Notes under the pieces: model-generated
What the model was told of the DNA's origin: nothing
Seen by the model: the letters and a program-made list of their open reading frames with translations, nothing else
Database searches by the model: none
From: Cercozoa sp. M6MM
Lineage: Eukaryota > Protista > Endomyxa: Ascetosporea
Length of the DNA: 64,000 bases
NCBI GenBank assembly: GCA_040357565.1
Contig: JBDODJ010000050.1
Direction: 5' to 3' (one strand)
Made by a program: the position numbers and the translations under genes
Part shown: positions 36,522 through 51,783 of the stretch, piece by piece
How the letters are laid out: each line of letters opens with the position of its first letter
Numbering within the stretch: the stretch's first letter is position 1

Positions 36522-38722
36522 ATGGAAGATGCAAACCAAACTCTCTCACAAGCGGTGTTTGCACACGTCAGAAAGCACCCCAGATGGCAAGAACTGATGA
36601 ACTCGCTCTTTCTGGACTGGAAAGCAGAGCGAACCAGAAGTATCCAAACTGGCAAACAAAGCGGTCACCTAGATATCGAAAGCGACGGCTTGCACGGCGA
36701 TGACGTGAGGAAGCTATTGTTTCGAAAGTTGTCGTCAATGCCTCCATCCCCTAATCACGAGAACGAAAAGATTGATGAGGTGTGTTGCAATACAATTCCA
36801 CCGCACGAATGCGAAAAACGTTGCTTTTGCGTGTAGCACAACCGAAATGCCTTGGAACTGCGACGAATACTGTCTTCTATTTTTGCCGAAGCCTCTCGAG
36901 AAGTGGTTGCACTCAAACTGAAGGCGGATGCCCTGGTACTCGACAAGGCAGCAAGCTTTGGACGCAAGATACCGTGTATGCTGATGCAAGCGGCAGTGGA
37001 GTCGCAGGTGAAGGCGCAGGACAGCTTCTGGGACGAGTTCGAGCACCGAGAAAGGTCGAAACGAATCGTACTTGAAGAGCAAAACTCTTCAGACCGAGTG
37101 AGGCAAAATGTTGACGATGCATTGTTGCACGCCTTGCCTCTGCCTCGCATGGAGTTCCGTCGCCTAGTTGGCGTGCGTTTCGACCCGCCTCGCATGAGTT
37201 TCAGCACGCTGCGCGGTGTGTGGCGCCTGCAGCTCAGCACTCCGTTCGCACAGCGCCTGCACATGCAGTGGCGGCAAAACGCACTCGCTCTGTCGCAAAC
37301 GATAGCGCGCCTTTCGCTCAAGCACTCGGAACTGGCCCTGGGAGCACTGGACACGTGGCTCGGACAGCAACATCTCTTTGAAACGGCAAAGGAAAGTCGC
37401 GGTACCAATCGAACCCAGGCCAACGTCGACACCATGGTGTACACGCTCGAAGAAAAGGTAATCGGCCGCCAAGTGATGTGAAAACTAATTATTCAACTAA
37501 AGACTGTCATGTTTAGTGCTTTCGAGACATCGATGTGCGCGTGGAGTTGAATGACTCACTTCCGCGCCTGCTTGCTGCTGTAGCACACACTTTCAACATC
37601 GTACTGTAGACGGATAAATAGGACCAGGCGCTGTAAGTTCACTGCTTTGATCAGATCCACGCACTGGACGGCGGCGGTGCAGAGTTGCATGCGAACCTGC
37701 TGCCCGACTTGACGTGCGTTCTGTTGTGCGTGCTGCACGAGTGCACGCGAACAGCGCGACCGGCAAGCGATGCGCTCAAGGTCGAATTCGTCGCGACCGT
37801 TGCGTTTCTGCAGCGACTGCGGGGTCTCGTCGATGCAGTGCAGCGACTGCAGGAAGCAGCGTCACCCGAGAGTGAGTTTGATCGGGCATTGTGCCAACTG
37901 GACAGTGCAGAAACTGACGTGATTCGAACCATGCTACGAGGTGCCTTTCTGCGAACACCTGCCGCCAGTAACAACAACAACAACAGGTGGACAACGGCGA
38001 GTTTCCGCACACTCTTGCACGTGTGGTCCTGGCTGTTCTGCGCCGACTTTGACGCACGCTTTGCGTGTCTGTTGGCTGCACTGCTCGCCCGTATTCCACT
38101 CGGCCCGAGTTCGAGGTCCGGCAGCAGCGACACTGCGCTCGACGAGACGGGCGACGACGAAGTGGATCGCTTGCGAAACGCCATGCTGCGGCACATGGCG
38201 CAGTTCGCGCACTTCCGGCCCTGGATTGAGTCTCTTCTCACACACCCCATTGTCGATATCGATGCCATACTCGAGCAGCAGCAGCTACAGCAGCAGCAGC
38301 AACGAGAACGAGAACAAAGACTACGGCATCCGCTTAAGCGGGAACAACAGCCAAAGCTGAAACAAGCATCGCGTTCGCAAAGTTCGACTCATGCTTCGAC
38401 GACAACGGAATCGATGTCGAAAAGCTCAACTGAAAAAGAGAAAGAACTGCAAGAAGAAAAAGAAGAAGAAGAACAAAAGCAAGCCGAAGAATTGAGTGCC
38501 GAAAGAAGGCCAACGGTCCCGTCGAACGAACTGGAGGCAAGGATCGGCGAACGCGAACCATCTGAGTTGGTCAACATTGAGACGGCAGCCGCAGAGAGCG
38601 ATGTGACGGCAGCTTCGACTGCAGTGAAAAAGAAACGCGTTGCTAGAGGACGTGCTCGTGGACGTGCGCGCGGTCGGAGTAGAGGCAGAGGCAGAAGCAG
38701 AGGCAGAGGCAAAGTCCATTGA
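36522..38722 (+). CDS. Uncharacterised protein with Gln/Glu-rich and RG-repeat C-terminus, multi-exon
   Basis: Three long consecutive ORFs joinable by short introns; ends RGRARGRARGRSRGRGRSRGRGKVH. Confidence 0.65.
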
Positions 38723-38809
38723 AACTTGTCTCTCCTCTGTCTTACTGAGAGTACTAGTTACAGTTCTAATCAATGGTCAGACACGATACTCAGTCATCAT
38801 CGACTTCAG

Positions 38810-40459
38810 TTATTCAGCTTCTTCGGCTTCGGTAGTTTTCTCTCCATGCAAAGGAGCCGGCTGAGGCTCTGTGGCCGCGATGGTGTGTTCGCTCACGAGA
38901 GGTTTATAGGGTGGTGCCAGAGGCACTTCTTCTGCTGTTTCTTTGACCTCTCTCGCCGATCCGTGCTTCTCCACGGTTGTGACAGTGCTGGTTCCTCCTT
39001 GTTCCTCAACCACAGAGGGCCACGAGACAGATATCGGGTGGAAGAAGATGCCGCCCTTCTTGGCACCTCCTTCACTCGCAGCTGGTGCCTCTTCGGTCTT
39101 GGCAGCACCGCCTTCACTGGTAGGCGTACTGGCCGCAGTTGCTGACTTCTCGGGACAAGACCCGGTGACTTTTTGCCAGACAGTGCACTGAGGGGGGGGG
39201 GGGATTCAAAAACATGAATCAAGGGGTCTAACCAAAGTGCCTCTGATTACCTCACCCGCACCGGCAGTTTCTTCAGTCTTTGCGGCGGTTGGATGGCGCT
39301 TGCTTTTAGAAAGTGGAGCCATGACAAGGTTCGTGCATCTGCCTTCGTGCGAGTGCTCCACTTCAAGGTGAGGAATTGAGATCAAGAGGTCCGAATTCAG
39401 TTCGCGGCCGTTGCTCATAAGAATCTCTTGCAATTCGCTAACTTTCATGTTGACGTTTCCTTCGGCCATGCGTTCCTGCGCCAGCACTGCCTGATTGCTG
39501 GTTCCTGGTAGTCTGCACAGGCAAGCACTTGATTAACCTCACTGGGAACTGAAAGAACCGCGACCCACTTACTGAAAGAAGACGCCCTGCAGGGGGTTCA
39601 GCTCGTTCATGAAGGCTGCGAACTCTGCTGGCATGGTTGGTCCACTCGGGTCACGCACGACCATGGTTCTCGTGTTGGACAGGCAGGGGGCACTCTGTAC
39701 GCTCGATTCTCTGGGGAAGCAACGCCAGGTGTATAACAAATTGGCAGTCTCGGTTGAACCAGGAAACTCACATGTCAGGAGAGGTCGCACTGTGCGGAAC
39801 TTCGTCAAAGCCCGTCAGAACGAGATGGTTGTTGTCATGAGTAGCCCACATCAGCTTGCAGCCAGTGTGCAAATCGACGAAACCTTGGGACGGGTTGTTG
39901 AGGGTGCACGCGAGGATTGCGAAAGGTTGTTGTTCTGTCGGGACTCCCTGTCATAAAAATAACAAGTAGCCCCCAAGTTAGTTCGCAATGATAATCTGGA
40001 TAAGACTGAACTGTGTGATACATGAAAGGTCGAGAGCGCATAGCCAGCGACAATGTTTTTCACTCGTAGAGGGTAAACCACGTTTTTTGGGGCAGGACAG
40101 GTCAGCAGTGGTAGGTCGTCGCTCGTTACGACGCCAGAGATCAACACAATGTTCCTACACATCAGAAGTAGCAAGTGTGTTGTTTTGACTAGTGTCACGC
40201 ATCGCACGATACCGTCCGACGTTGAGTCGATACAAGGCAGTCGTCGGGACGGTCTGTCGAAGGCGAATAACCCCTCCGCCGTGGACGGTGTTGTCAGTCA
40301 CCAGGCCAAGGTCTTCGCTCGACACTTCTTTTACACCACATGAAGTTCGACAACCTGGCAGTATTGTGAAATTTATAATTTACTGGGAGGAACTTCTTCA
40401 GCGCCGATCAGACTGACAGCGACGGCTGCAACCACCGCCAAACTCGCTAGCACATGCAT
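38810..40459 (-). CDS. Orphan secreted protein with Thr/Glu/Ala/Pro-rich C-terminus, multi-exon
   Basis: MHVLASLAVVAAVAVSLIGA signal peptide; a 29-nt intron at 40355-40383 restores the frame; low-complexity tail ends TTEAEEAE-TAA. Confidence 0.6.
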
Positions 40460-40806
40460 CGTGCAACCTGCTGTACGATCTTTTCGTCCTCCTCTTGCAC
40501 TATGCGGAATCTAGTCACAAAAACTTGTCTCTCGCCAAATCCACTGCGACATCGAAAGACCGAAGCAACCTGCTCCGCGCCACTTCAGTTTTTTCCGAGT
40601 GTGAAATTTTTATTTTACTGGGGAGAACTCAAACTTAACTCGACGCTGGAAACCTAGGCCTGGTTCAGTTGAGAAACTGACAGCATACTGTACAGTAGCG
40701 ACTGTATGGCTTTTAACTACGACAGAAAGAGACACTCTCAGCGGATAGCATTCTGTAGTTCGAGAAGCTGCGAAATGCGATATCGATGTCGACTTGTGAG
40801 TTGCTG

Positions 40807-42360
40807 TCATGTCAGGTCAATTGTTACAAAAGAAACAAGCGAGGAAGTGGCGTTATAATTCTGTTTAAAACATACCGATACGAAAGGAAGGTCCACAAAA
40901 CCCACTCGCCTTGTTGTCGCTTTTTCTTGGATACACACCGGACAGCAAGAACGCGTTTGGCACTTACGGCAGATCACGTGGCCTCGATCGATGCAAGCAA
41001 CGCCGTCCTCGACTAGCCGCAGGCACACCAGACATGATAGATTGACGCGAGTTGCTTCCTCGACAGCGAAGACGCGCTGAAGGATCTGGCGACATGCGTT
41101 TCGTCGTAACTCTTGCTTTGTCGCAACGGTTTGCACGGCTTGATGCTTGGGTCGAGAAAAACACCTACTCTGGAGTGAGGCCGGCATCTCTTTAAACCCC
41201 GCCTCCCGCGGTGTTGAGCGGAGTAACTCGATAGCATCAAGAGCTACTTCTAGGTCCTGCTCGACACTGGCGGCGTGCGTTTTCATCTCTCGGACACGCA
41301 GATCGGCGCTTTCAACTTGCCTTCTGGCACACGTCAGTGCAGCTTCACGAGCGACAGAAGTACGCAGCTCTGTGTGCAATTTCTGCATTGCATCTGTCGC
41401 CCGGGTTTTGTGCTTGCGCGCTGCATCCTTTGTGCGCGATAGCTTCTCTCGCAGTTCGAGGTATGAAGCTGTGAGTCGAGAAAGTTCTTCCTCGGTTTTG
41501 AGAGAGCACCGTTTCATGGTGTCGATAACAGCAGACTCTGCTTTGATCTTTAGTATTTCTTGCGAAGCAAGCTCAATCTCGCGTTTTTTCGAGTGGAACG
41601 CCTTCAACAATGTCTGCGTCTGCAGCTCCCTGTTGTTGCACCGCACCTGTTCGTGCTCCAGAAGGTTTCCCTTTTTGTTGCTCTCGACCTGCAGTCGCGC
41701 GAGCTTGACTCTGAGCCTGTTAATTTCGTTTGCTTGCGCCTCGATGCGTAGGCAACTGTCCATCCGTCGTGCTGTTTCTTGTTCGAGATGCTGTTGGAGG
41801 GTTTGAAGAGCGGCACGGACTTCGTCGTGCAACTTTTTTTCTTTGTGGTAGCGCTGGTTCGCGAAGTTTAACTTTAAGGTGAGTTGCTGTCGACTCAATT
41901 TAACCTTGTGAATATCCACTCTGTATCCATCCATTGCCTCGATGTTCGCGCAGAGTCGATTCCACTGCAAATCAGGAACTTAGCATTTTGATTCTACTTT
42001 CTTCAGTTATTCCACAAGCAACAGTAAATACCCTACCATTGATTTTGTCTGCTGCTCGTACTCAGTGGATTCCCGCTTCAACACGTCCATTTGACCTTCC
42101 ATGCTGTGAATCAGTCGCTGCTGTTTTTTCACGAGCACCTCGCTTTGATTCAGCTTCGTCTTGACCGCCTCGAGTTGCGTCTTCAGCTTCCGTTGCGTCT
42201 CCAACTCGTCCATGCGAAATTGCTGAAGTGCGGCCTTTGTTTTTCGCAGCTCAAGCTGCATTGCGACCAGCTCATCGCTTTGTCTGGTTGATGGTGCTTC
42301 TCCTGCGTGTTCCTGACTCGCTTCCTCGCCAATGCAGCCCTTGGCTTCCGGTTTGCCCAT
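40807..42360 (-). CDS. Coiled-coil protein with C-terminal RING-like zinc finger
   Basis: Long heptad-rich ORFs; LSCLVC...CIDRGHVICRKC...CCPVC. Confidence 0.7.
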
Positions 42361-42533
42361 GGATACTCACACCTAAACCGCAAGGTACTGCAAATCCCTG
42401 CTGCACCTTTGTCGACTCAATTGAACTCGTTGGATGCGCGCGGAAGAAAGGTAAATTGCGGCTTTACGGTGACTCGTGAAGATTGATTGCGGCAGTAAAC
42501 TTAAATACCAAGGATAGTACTTAGGAGTCACTA

Positions 42534-43211
42534 TTAGTACAGATGAGGATCCGACATGCGAAGTAGAATACTGAGCGTTGATGTGTACACACCGAGTCGT
42601 AGTACGTATGCTGCGATTTCACACCCGAGGAGAGTTGGTTTCTTTTCAAAGAAGCTGTCGACGTTCGGCCTGTAAACATTGACGAAGCTCCAGTACCGCA
42701 TCGTCGCGGTGATGATCAGCAAGACACCGTGTGCAATCCACGTTAGCAGAAAGACTCGCGTTAGCCTCCATACTCGGGCCAGCTGTCCGAAAGCAAACAT
42801 CTGGGTGTTCCACACGAACAACCACACCAGTGGGAAAAGCAGCGCGTGGGCAATACAGCGAAACCTGCTCGCATAATCCCACATCTCGAAACAAGTTATC
42901 ATCGCTGTCGTGAGGTGAGGTCTTTGGTACCCAAAGATGAAGCTAAAAGCAGTGTATGACGTCTCGTGCAATGCAATCACGCCAAGAATCACATCAAGCA
43001 GTACGATGAAGCAAGCAAAGGCGAAGGAGAAAGTGAAAGTCTCTGTCGAAGGACGATGAGCAACCCTTGCGCCACCGAGCTTGGCCGCGATGAAATGATT
43101 CGGCCGCAACATGGTTTGGCAGACCTCGGCGCCGAAGGAGTTCACCCCGTGTGCCAAAAGGCATGACACTAAATTTACCCCAGTTTTTTTCTCGTCCGCG
43201 AGGAAGTTCAA
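42534..43211 (-). CDS. Uncharacterised multi-pass membrane protein
   Basis: 225-codon ORF with 4-5 hydrophobic helices; true start uncertain. Confidence 0.55.
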   Translation of the reverse strand: MNFLADEKKTGVNLVSCLLAHGVNSFGAEVCQTMLRPNHFIAAKLGGARVAHRPSTETFTFSFAFACFIVLLDVILGVIALHETSYTAFSFIFGYQRPHLTTAMITCFEMWDYASRFRCIAHALLFPLVWLFVWNTQMFAFGQLARVWRLTRVFLLTWIAHGVLLIITATMRYWSFVNVYRPNVDSFFEKKPTLLGCEIAAYVLRLGVYTSTLSILLRMSDPHLY

Positions 43212-43290
43212 TCGATACTGGGCAATAAAGGAAAATCCCTTTTTAAAGGAAGACTTTGCATTGTGTCGCCATTAAGGCCACATTGTTTCT

Positions 43291-45143
43291 ATGGACCGGC
43301 CTGAATTTGAAGTAACGCAGCTTTGCAGTCGCATCGGCGACATCGAGCACCTCGAGCAAATTGGCACGCGAAGTTTCTTTCATGGAAGCAATGCCATCAT
43401 GAAGCTCACCGCTCAAGCGCTGATCGAGGCACGAGAGCGCTCAAGCGAAAAGCTCGTTTTAGACGAAATTTGCGCTCACTCGTCGCTGATCAATATGCTA
43501 CTCCGGCGTACAATCGCGGTTGACTTGTGGCTTTCGCGAGTACGCAGTGCACTCAAACATAAAGTGGGTCCGATGGGTGCCTTGAAGGTAATTTACATAG
43601 CTTTGAATCTCTGTCCCTCAATCAGTAGATCCGAATATGGGTCCCCATAGGCGCAACATGTATCACTCCACATGTGCCACCTGCTCGACCTCCTCAGCAA
43701 AGTGCTTCCGTACAGCGATGCAATGCAACAGGCGGATCCTGCGTTGCTGGTCTCGCTTGTTGATGTCTGTCACTCTCGAATTCTCACAGTTTTGCGCGAC
43801 GGTGCCAGGTACTCGCTGAGCAACTTTTTAAGTTAAAACAGCAAACACCTGTGACGCTTGATCTGCACAGCAATGACGCTTCGGTCTCACAAATGCACAA
43901 GCAACTGCTTCACAAACGAGAAACCGAGTTGGCGCGGCAGAAGGATGTGACGAAGTACATTCAAATGACTCTGTCAGCAAACGAAGCAAGTGGAGTTCGC
44001 GACGGCGAATACATCTTCGCGTGTGCTGCTTTCAGTCTGTCTCTGCTGCGCGTGTTTGTGGCACGAGCCACTGGACCACGTTCTGACGGCGATCTTCACG
44101 TCTCAGTGGTTCGACGCATCGCCGAAAGGGACTTCTCGTCGCCGATTGCAGAACTGATCGATCAGACAGCTTTCACAGTACACTTGCCTGAAGGCGACGT
44201 GTTGCAGTATCAAGGAAGCACCGAATGGCACCCCGTGTCTGCGGAGAATGCGCCGTTGTTGACGCAGTTCACTGGACAATGCTGGTACCTGCTGCACCAA
44301 CTTATCCTGTCGCGAGAGTTCGCTTCGCGCACGAAACTGACCGAGTCAAAAGCGCGTCGCATCGGAAGCACCATTCGAGACTCTTTGTCAAAAGAAGTGA
44401 TGCAGCAGATGCCAATGCTGGAAAACCTGAGTCGCTTTGAATCGCACCTGCGAATCGTGAGCTACGACCCCAACTCGCTTGAGTCGCTCCACCTGAGAGC
44501 GCAAGGCGACACCAAAGCAGAGCGTGCTCGTCACGCTTCATACTCTGCAGTTCTCATCGAGGTAGAATTTCCTGCTGTCAGAAGTGTCCAGAATAAATAA
44601 GGACGTCTTTTGAGATGGCGTATGTTTTAACAGGAGGTCTCCGAGTACCGCGAGACACTGCTGCGAGAAGCCGGCGATCTCGATGAGTTTGTGCGACAGT
44701 TGCTTTCCGAGAGGGGTGAGTTTAGCGAAAACCTTCGCGAACGACAGCAGGACATGGCTGTGATTACTGACGCGTACGACTCTTTCGGTACCGAGCTGCA
44801 CGAGCAAGTGCGGAAGGCCAATTGCTGCGCCCAATGCAACGTCGTGGCGAAGAATCGCTGCTCTCGCTGCAAGCAAGTGTGGTACTGCAGCCGTACCTGC
44901 CAACGCAATCACTGGACGTTGCACAAACAAGACTGTCGTTCCTTCTCTTTGAACGCTGTTGCAGCAAGTAAAGGCGACAACACGACCTCTACTGGAAGCT
45001 GCGGAAGCAGTGCTAAAATCCTCGAGATTGACGGCTCGCTCAATCCTTTCCGAATCATTGACGACAAACAGCCCAGAAATTCGACGGCGAGGGACACGCA
45101 AGGTGAAGAAAAGTCGTCTATTCTAATTCAAGAACTCGATTGA
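43291..45143 (+). CDS. ZMYND10: ZMYND10/BLU-like axonemal dynein assembly factor, multi-exon
   Basis: N-terminal LEQIGT..F..IMKLTAQALIEA...LLRRTIAVDLW resembles ZMYND10; GQCWYLLHQLI; MYND finger CAQC..AKNRCSRCKQVWYCSRTCQRNHW..H..C. Confidence 0.8.
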
Positions 45144-45499
45144 ACGTTTATTAGGAAACCCGAACTCTTTAGAGCAGCCGACTCAGTTTATTTTTTGCTC
45201 GGCCAGAACTGAAACCTGGGCCGCGAACTGGACAAAACTGAAACCGCGAAAATACGAACTTTCTGCTAAACAAAACGACTCGTTGCAGTCCCTCAAATAG
45301 CTTTTTGGGCATATATTCACTTTCTCCTAGCTAAATGCTGCTCCGTTTCACCTCTCTGCGGCGAGCCAGGCGACTTTCCTCGCAGTGTCGCCTGCTGTCA
45401 ACGGTCCCCCCTTTTTTCGCCAAAGTAAATTTAAAAATATCTATGAATGTCCCAATTTTTGCAGTCTCGGCCCGGGCTCGCTCACCCAGAACACGACAC

Positions 45500-48400
45500 C
45501 CGGAACTTTGAAGGCTTTTCACGTACACTACCTATATTTTAGGTTATGTTGCTCACAGTACAATTTAGCTTTGTACGGCAGTCAAAGAGTTTGGACGGTA
45601 TGCTGTCAAGCTGGCCGACAATGCAGAAGTCGACAAATTGGACAAAGGTGTTGTATTCACAGTGAAGCAGTGAAATCATGCTTTAACTTCGATGAAGTTT
45701 CCTTTCTTGTTGTAGCTTTCGCCCGTTTTCCAAAGCTGTGTGAAGATCGATCCCAAGAGATACCCGAGGTATTCCTTCTGCTTCTGACAAGTAAATTTAG
45801 TGAAAGCAACCTCACTCGCCCTCCTCACAGGCCGAAGATTTTGAGACAGTTTTTGAACACCTCCAAAAACACAAAAAAACTGACGAGAGTATTCAATGGG
45901 TGAATTGTTTGAAACTCGCCTCGCCTTCAGTTCAGCAAAGAGTGAGCCCCCGACTTTTGCTTTCCGAACGTTTTTTTTCTTGTGCTGCTGTATGTAGGAG
46001 GTATCTTGACATGTAGATCGACCTGGACCAAAAGCGAATTTACACTCGTGTCGCACGAAAATGCTATGGCAATCTTGTTTCACACACTTTGGAGGTACGA
46101 GGAAATGTATAACTTTGATTGTGGAAGTATTTTCCTCGATCCTTTTTATTGTTCAGACAGGAGGGACAAGCAAAACATGCCGCATGCTCGTGAAACAGCT
46201 GGTTGATATACGTTGATGTGTTCCATATCAATGAAACGACCGAACTACCCGTGTGTTACTCCAGGGAGAACTCTGCGACAGTTTAGAGGCTCAAGGCGAA
46301 CCTTGCACGACAGTGATAGTGACAATTGCGTACATGGAAGCACTTTCGTACCTTAAACTTAGATTGTAAGATACGTGTGTGGGGGGAGGGGGGAGATGTA
46401 AATGTACTTCTACCTTCGTTCAGCAAGCTACTTCAGACCGAAATGTACTACGAAGGGTTCACCGACCTGTTCCGACAATTCGTATGATGCTTTACCTTTC
46501 CCATAACAGATCTATCCTCTTCGATAAGAATGCTGTTGCAGAACAATAGAATTCTCGAAGCAGTTCGAAGGAAGTTTCACGAGGTGCATGAAAGCAACGG
46601 CAACAGTGTGATGTGGTTCGATCTACTCAGCGACGTTGAACGACGTGCTTTCGAGATCGAACACTTCCTGCGCATTGTACGGAACGAGGAAAACTTGGTG
46701 CGAGAACGCGAAAAAGACGCCAAGAAAACGATAGTGTTCATTGAAGGCGAGCGGGTGCCATACAACTGGTTTCCCAAGCTGCCGCCGCGTGTCTTGCTCA
46801 AGAAGAACGAGCGCAAGATTGCGTTTGAAACGCCAGCCCGCACATGCCGCGAATACATCGACCCCGAGAAACCACTTGGTAAATTCAGTCAGTGCTTCAG
46901 TTTCTCTCATTCATCAAGTTTTTTGCTGTAGTATTGCGTTATTGTTTGGAACAGAGCCGCTGCTGGAGGATGTTTTGAACCGAAGAGCAGTCGATACCGA
47001 GTATTTCCGTCTGGTGCTCGAGGAGCTCACTTTAAAGTTGGAACAAGGCGATCAACTGACTGCATTGTACTTGGATGCCGACAGCATTCATGGCCTCGGC
47101 AATATTTTTACGATGGGCGTTTTTGATCGTCTCGAAGGTTTGCTCAACACCGAGACTCCCTCGTTCTTCCGGATTTAAAAGTTAATTGTATTTAGGTCCC
47201 AAGAAAGCATTGGAAGACATCACAGCTATCGCGGAGAAATTTGCTCAACTCGAAGCGACCTTTCTGCTTGTAAAGTGACGCACAACTTCAGTTCAGCAGG
47301 GTTTCATTCAAAATGACTGTGAACATCAACAGACCAAGTTCGGCTTTGAAGACGGCTTCAAGCTCTTGTTTCATCGCGCACTGTCCGAGATCGTAGCTTT
47401 CTCTCAGTTCAATTGACATTGTTGCTTTCAAACCATCGGTGCTTTTGAGATGAGTAGGACGATATCGTGCGTCGCGCAGAGTCGGAGTCACACTACGTAC
47501 CGCCCACGCACGCTGCCTTCGTGATGTACAGCACCTTGTTTTGAACTGTATTGCTAAAGCGAGTCGATGTTCGGTCAGAGAGAAGCACAAGTACCTCCGC
47601 AGACAACTGCAGAAAGCACCGGCCGAAGCAGAGCTTTTCGTTGTAAGTGAATGCGTTTTCCTCTCATCTGGTCGAGTGAAGCAACTGAAGTACTCTGGTG
47701 GGTGTACTGTAGCCGGGCACTTTGCCATTCAGCGAAGCGGTGGAATCAGTGCGTCACACCGGCAGCCGGCATGCCTCGCAAGGCGCTGAGTGGGACGTGC
47801 ACGATTCGACGCTGCTGCTGCGAGATGCTATCGTCTACCGCACTGTCGGTAGCAACTTGATTTAAACGACTCACATTATAGTACTGCCGTTGTTTCGAAT
47901 ACGAGTACTGTATCAATTTAGACGAGTCCAACGCGCTGGCTAGAGGTGCAGCGATGGCGCGCTCTGCGGCAGTGCTGTTTGACAATGCCAAACTCAAGTA
48001 CTGCACTCTGTTTCAGTTCAGTCAGTTGCGTGGATTTAGTTGAAACTTATTCACCCCAGAACCGACTATTTTGAAGATGGCAGATGCCTTTATTACGGCG
48101 TCGCGTATCGCGATCGTTTCGACAGTGTTCTGGTCAGTTTCGACAGTGTTGAGTCTCACGTTCTCCACGCTGACTCAATAAATCGATTTGGTAGGTTTTA
48201 CTGTATTTAGAGTGGTCCAAAGCGAGTCGATTGTTGGCAACCTTCGCCGGAACAGCTGGAGCTAATGCCTGACGAGGTTGCTGTCATGATGGTTCGAAAC
48301 CTCAACGAGTCGCTTCGAGTAAGCCGATCGATGCTCCACTGGTCACATGACCCCGCCATTCCAGAGATATCTTGTGCTGGCAGAGACATGTCTTCAAAGA

Positions 48401-48843
48401 TGTCGTTGGCAGCGAAATCAGCAGAAATGCGCTGATACAGATTGAAGAGGTACAGCAATTCAACTGGCAGAATCCACTCACAACTGAACTTGACTGATTC
48501 ATGACTGAAGAAACTCAAACCTATCACGGATCCGAACTGCTCGAGGGACGACACTCTCGGGTCCCGAGCTGTGTTAAAAGCGAATCTACGGGTTCTTTTG
48601 TAAGCACAGAACCACAGAGAAAACCCGATAGCGAATACTTCAGTGACGCCAAAAATAATGGCTTCTATTCTCAAGCAGAGTGAAACTGAGGGCGAAGAGG
48701 CGCTCAGGGAGGCCGCGAAATATGTCAATCTCGACGAGTTGCGCACCTTGTGGCCGCTCAAGATTTCGTTGTGGCCTCGCCCGCCCTCGGACCGTCGGCC
48801 TCTCATCGACTTGGTGGTGTACTCACTGCACATTGTAGAGTGA
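45500..48843 (+). CDS. Uncharacterised multi-exon gene (possibly more than one)
   Basis: Chain of protein-like exons (46530-46878, 46932-47100, 48643-48843) bounded by GT/AG; 5' end approximate. Confidence 0.45.
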
Positions 48844-49063
48844 GACAAACCAGCTACAGTGCTGTAGCGTAGCGCTTACTGTAGGGTAGTTTCTTCGCTC
48901 ATACATTGGCAAAATTACCGTCCTGTAAACCAATGACGCGAATTTCAGATACTACGCGTACGCGAAATAAATTGTCCACTGACCAGTCGAGTGACAGTGA
49001 CACGACACGACAGTGTGAAGTCATTAACCCAATCAGATTAAACCAAACGCGAAGGGAATTGAA

Positions 49064-51664
<2,601 letters not shown>

Positions 51665-51783
51665 CTATCTGACCGAGAATTGGAGCGCCGGCTCAATGCA
51701 CTGCACCGGCTCCGTGATTCCAAGACGCGCTGCTGTGATAGCGTGTGTTAGCGCACTGCGTGTCACTTTGGCTGATCGGAAGT

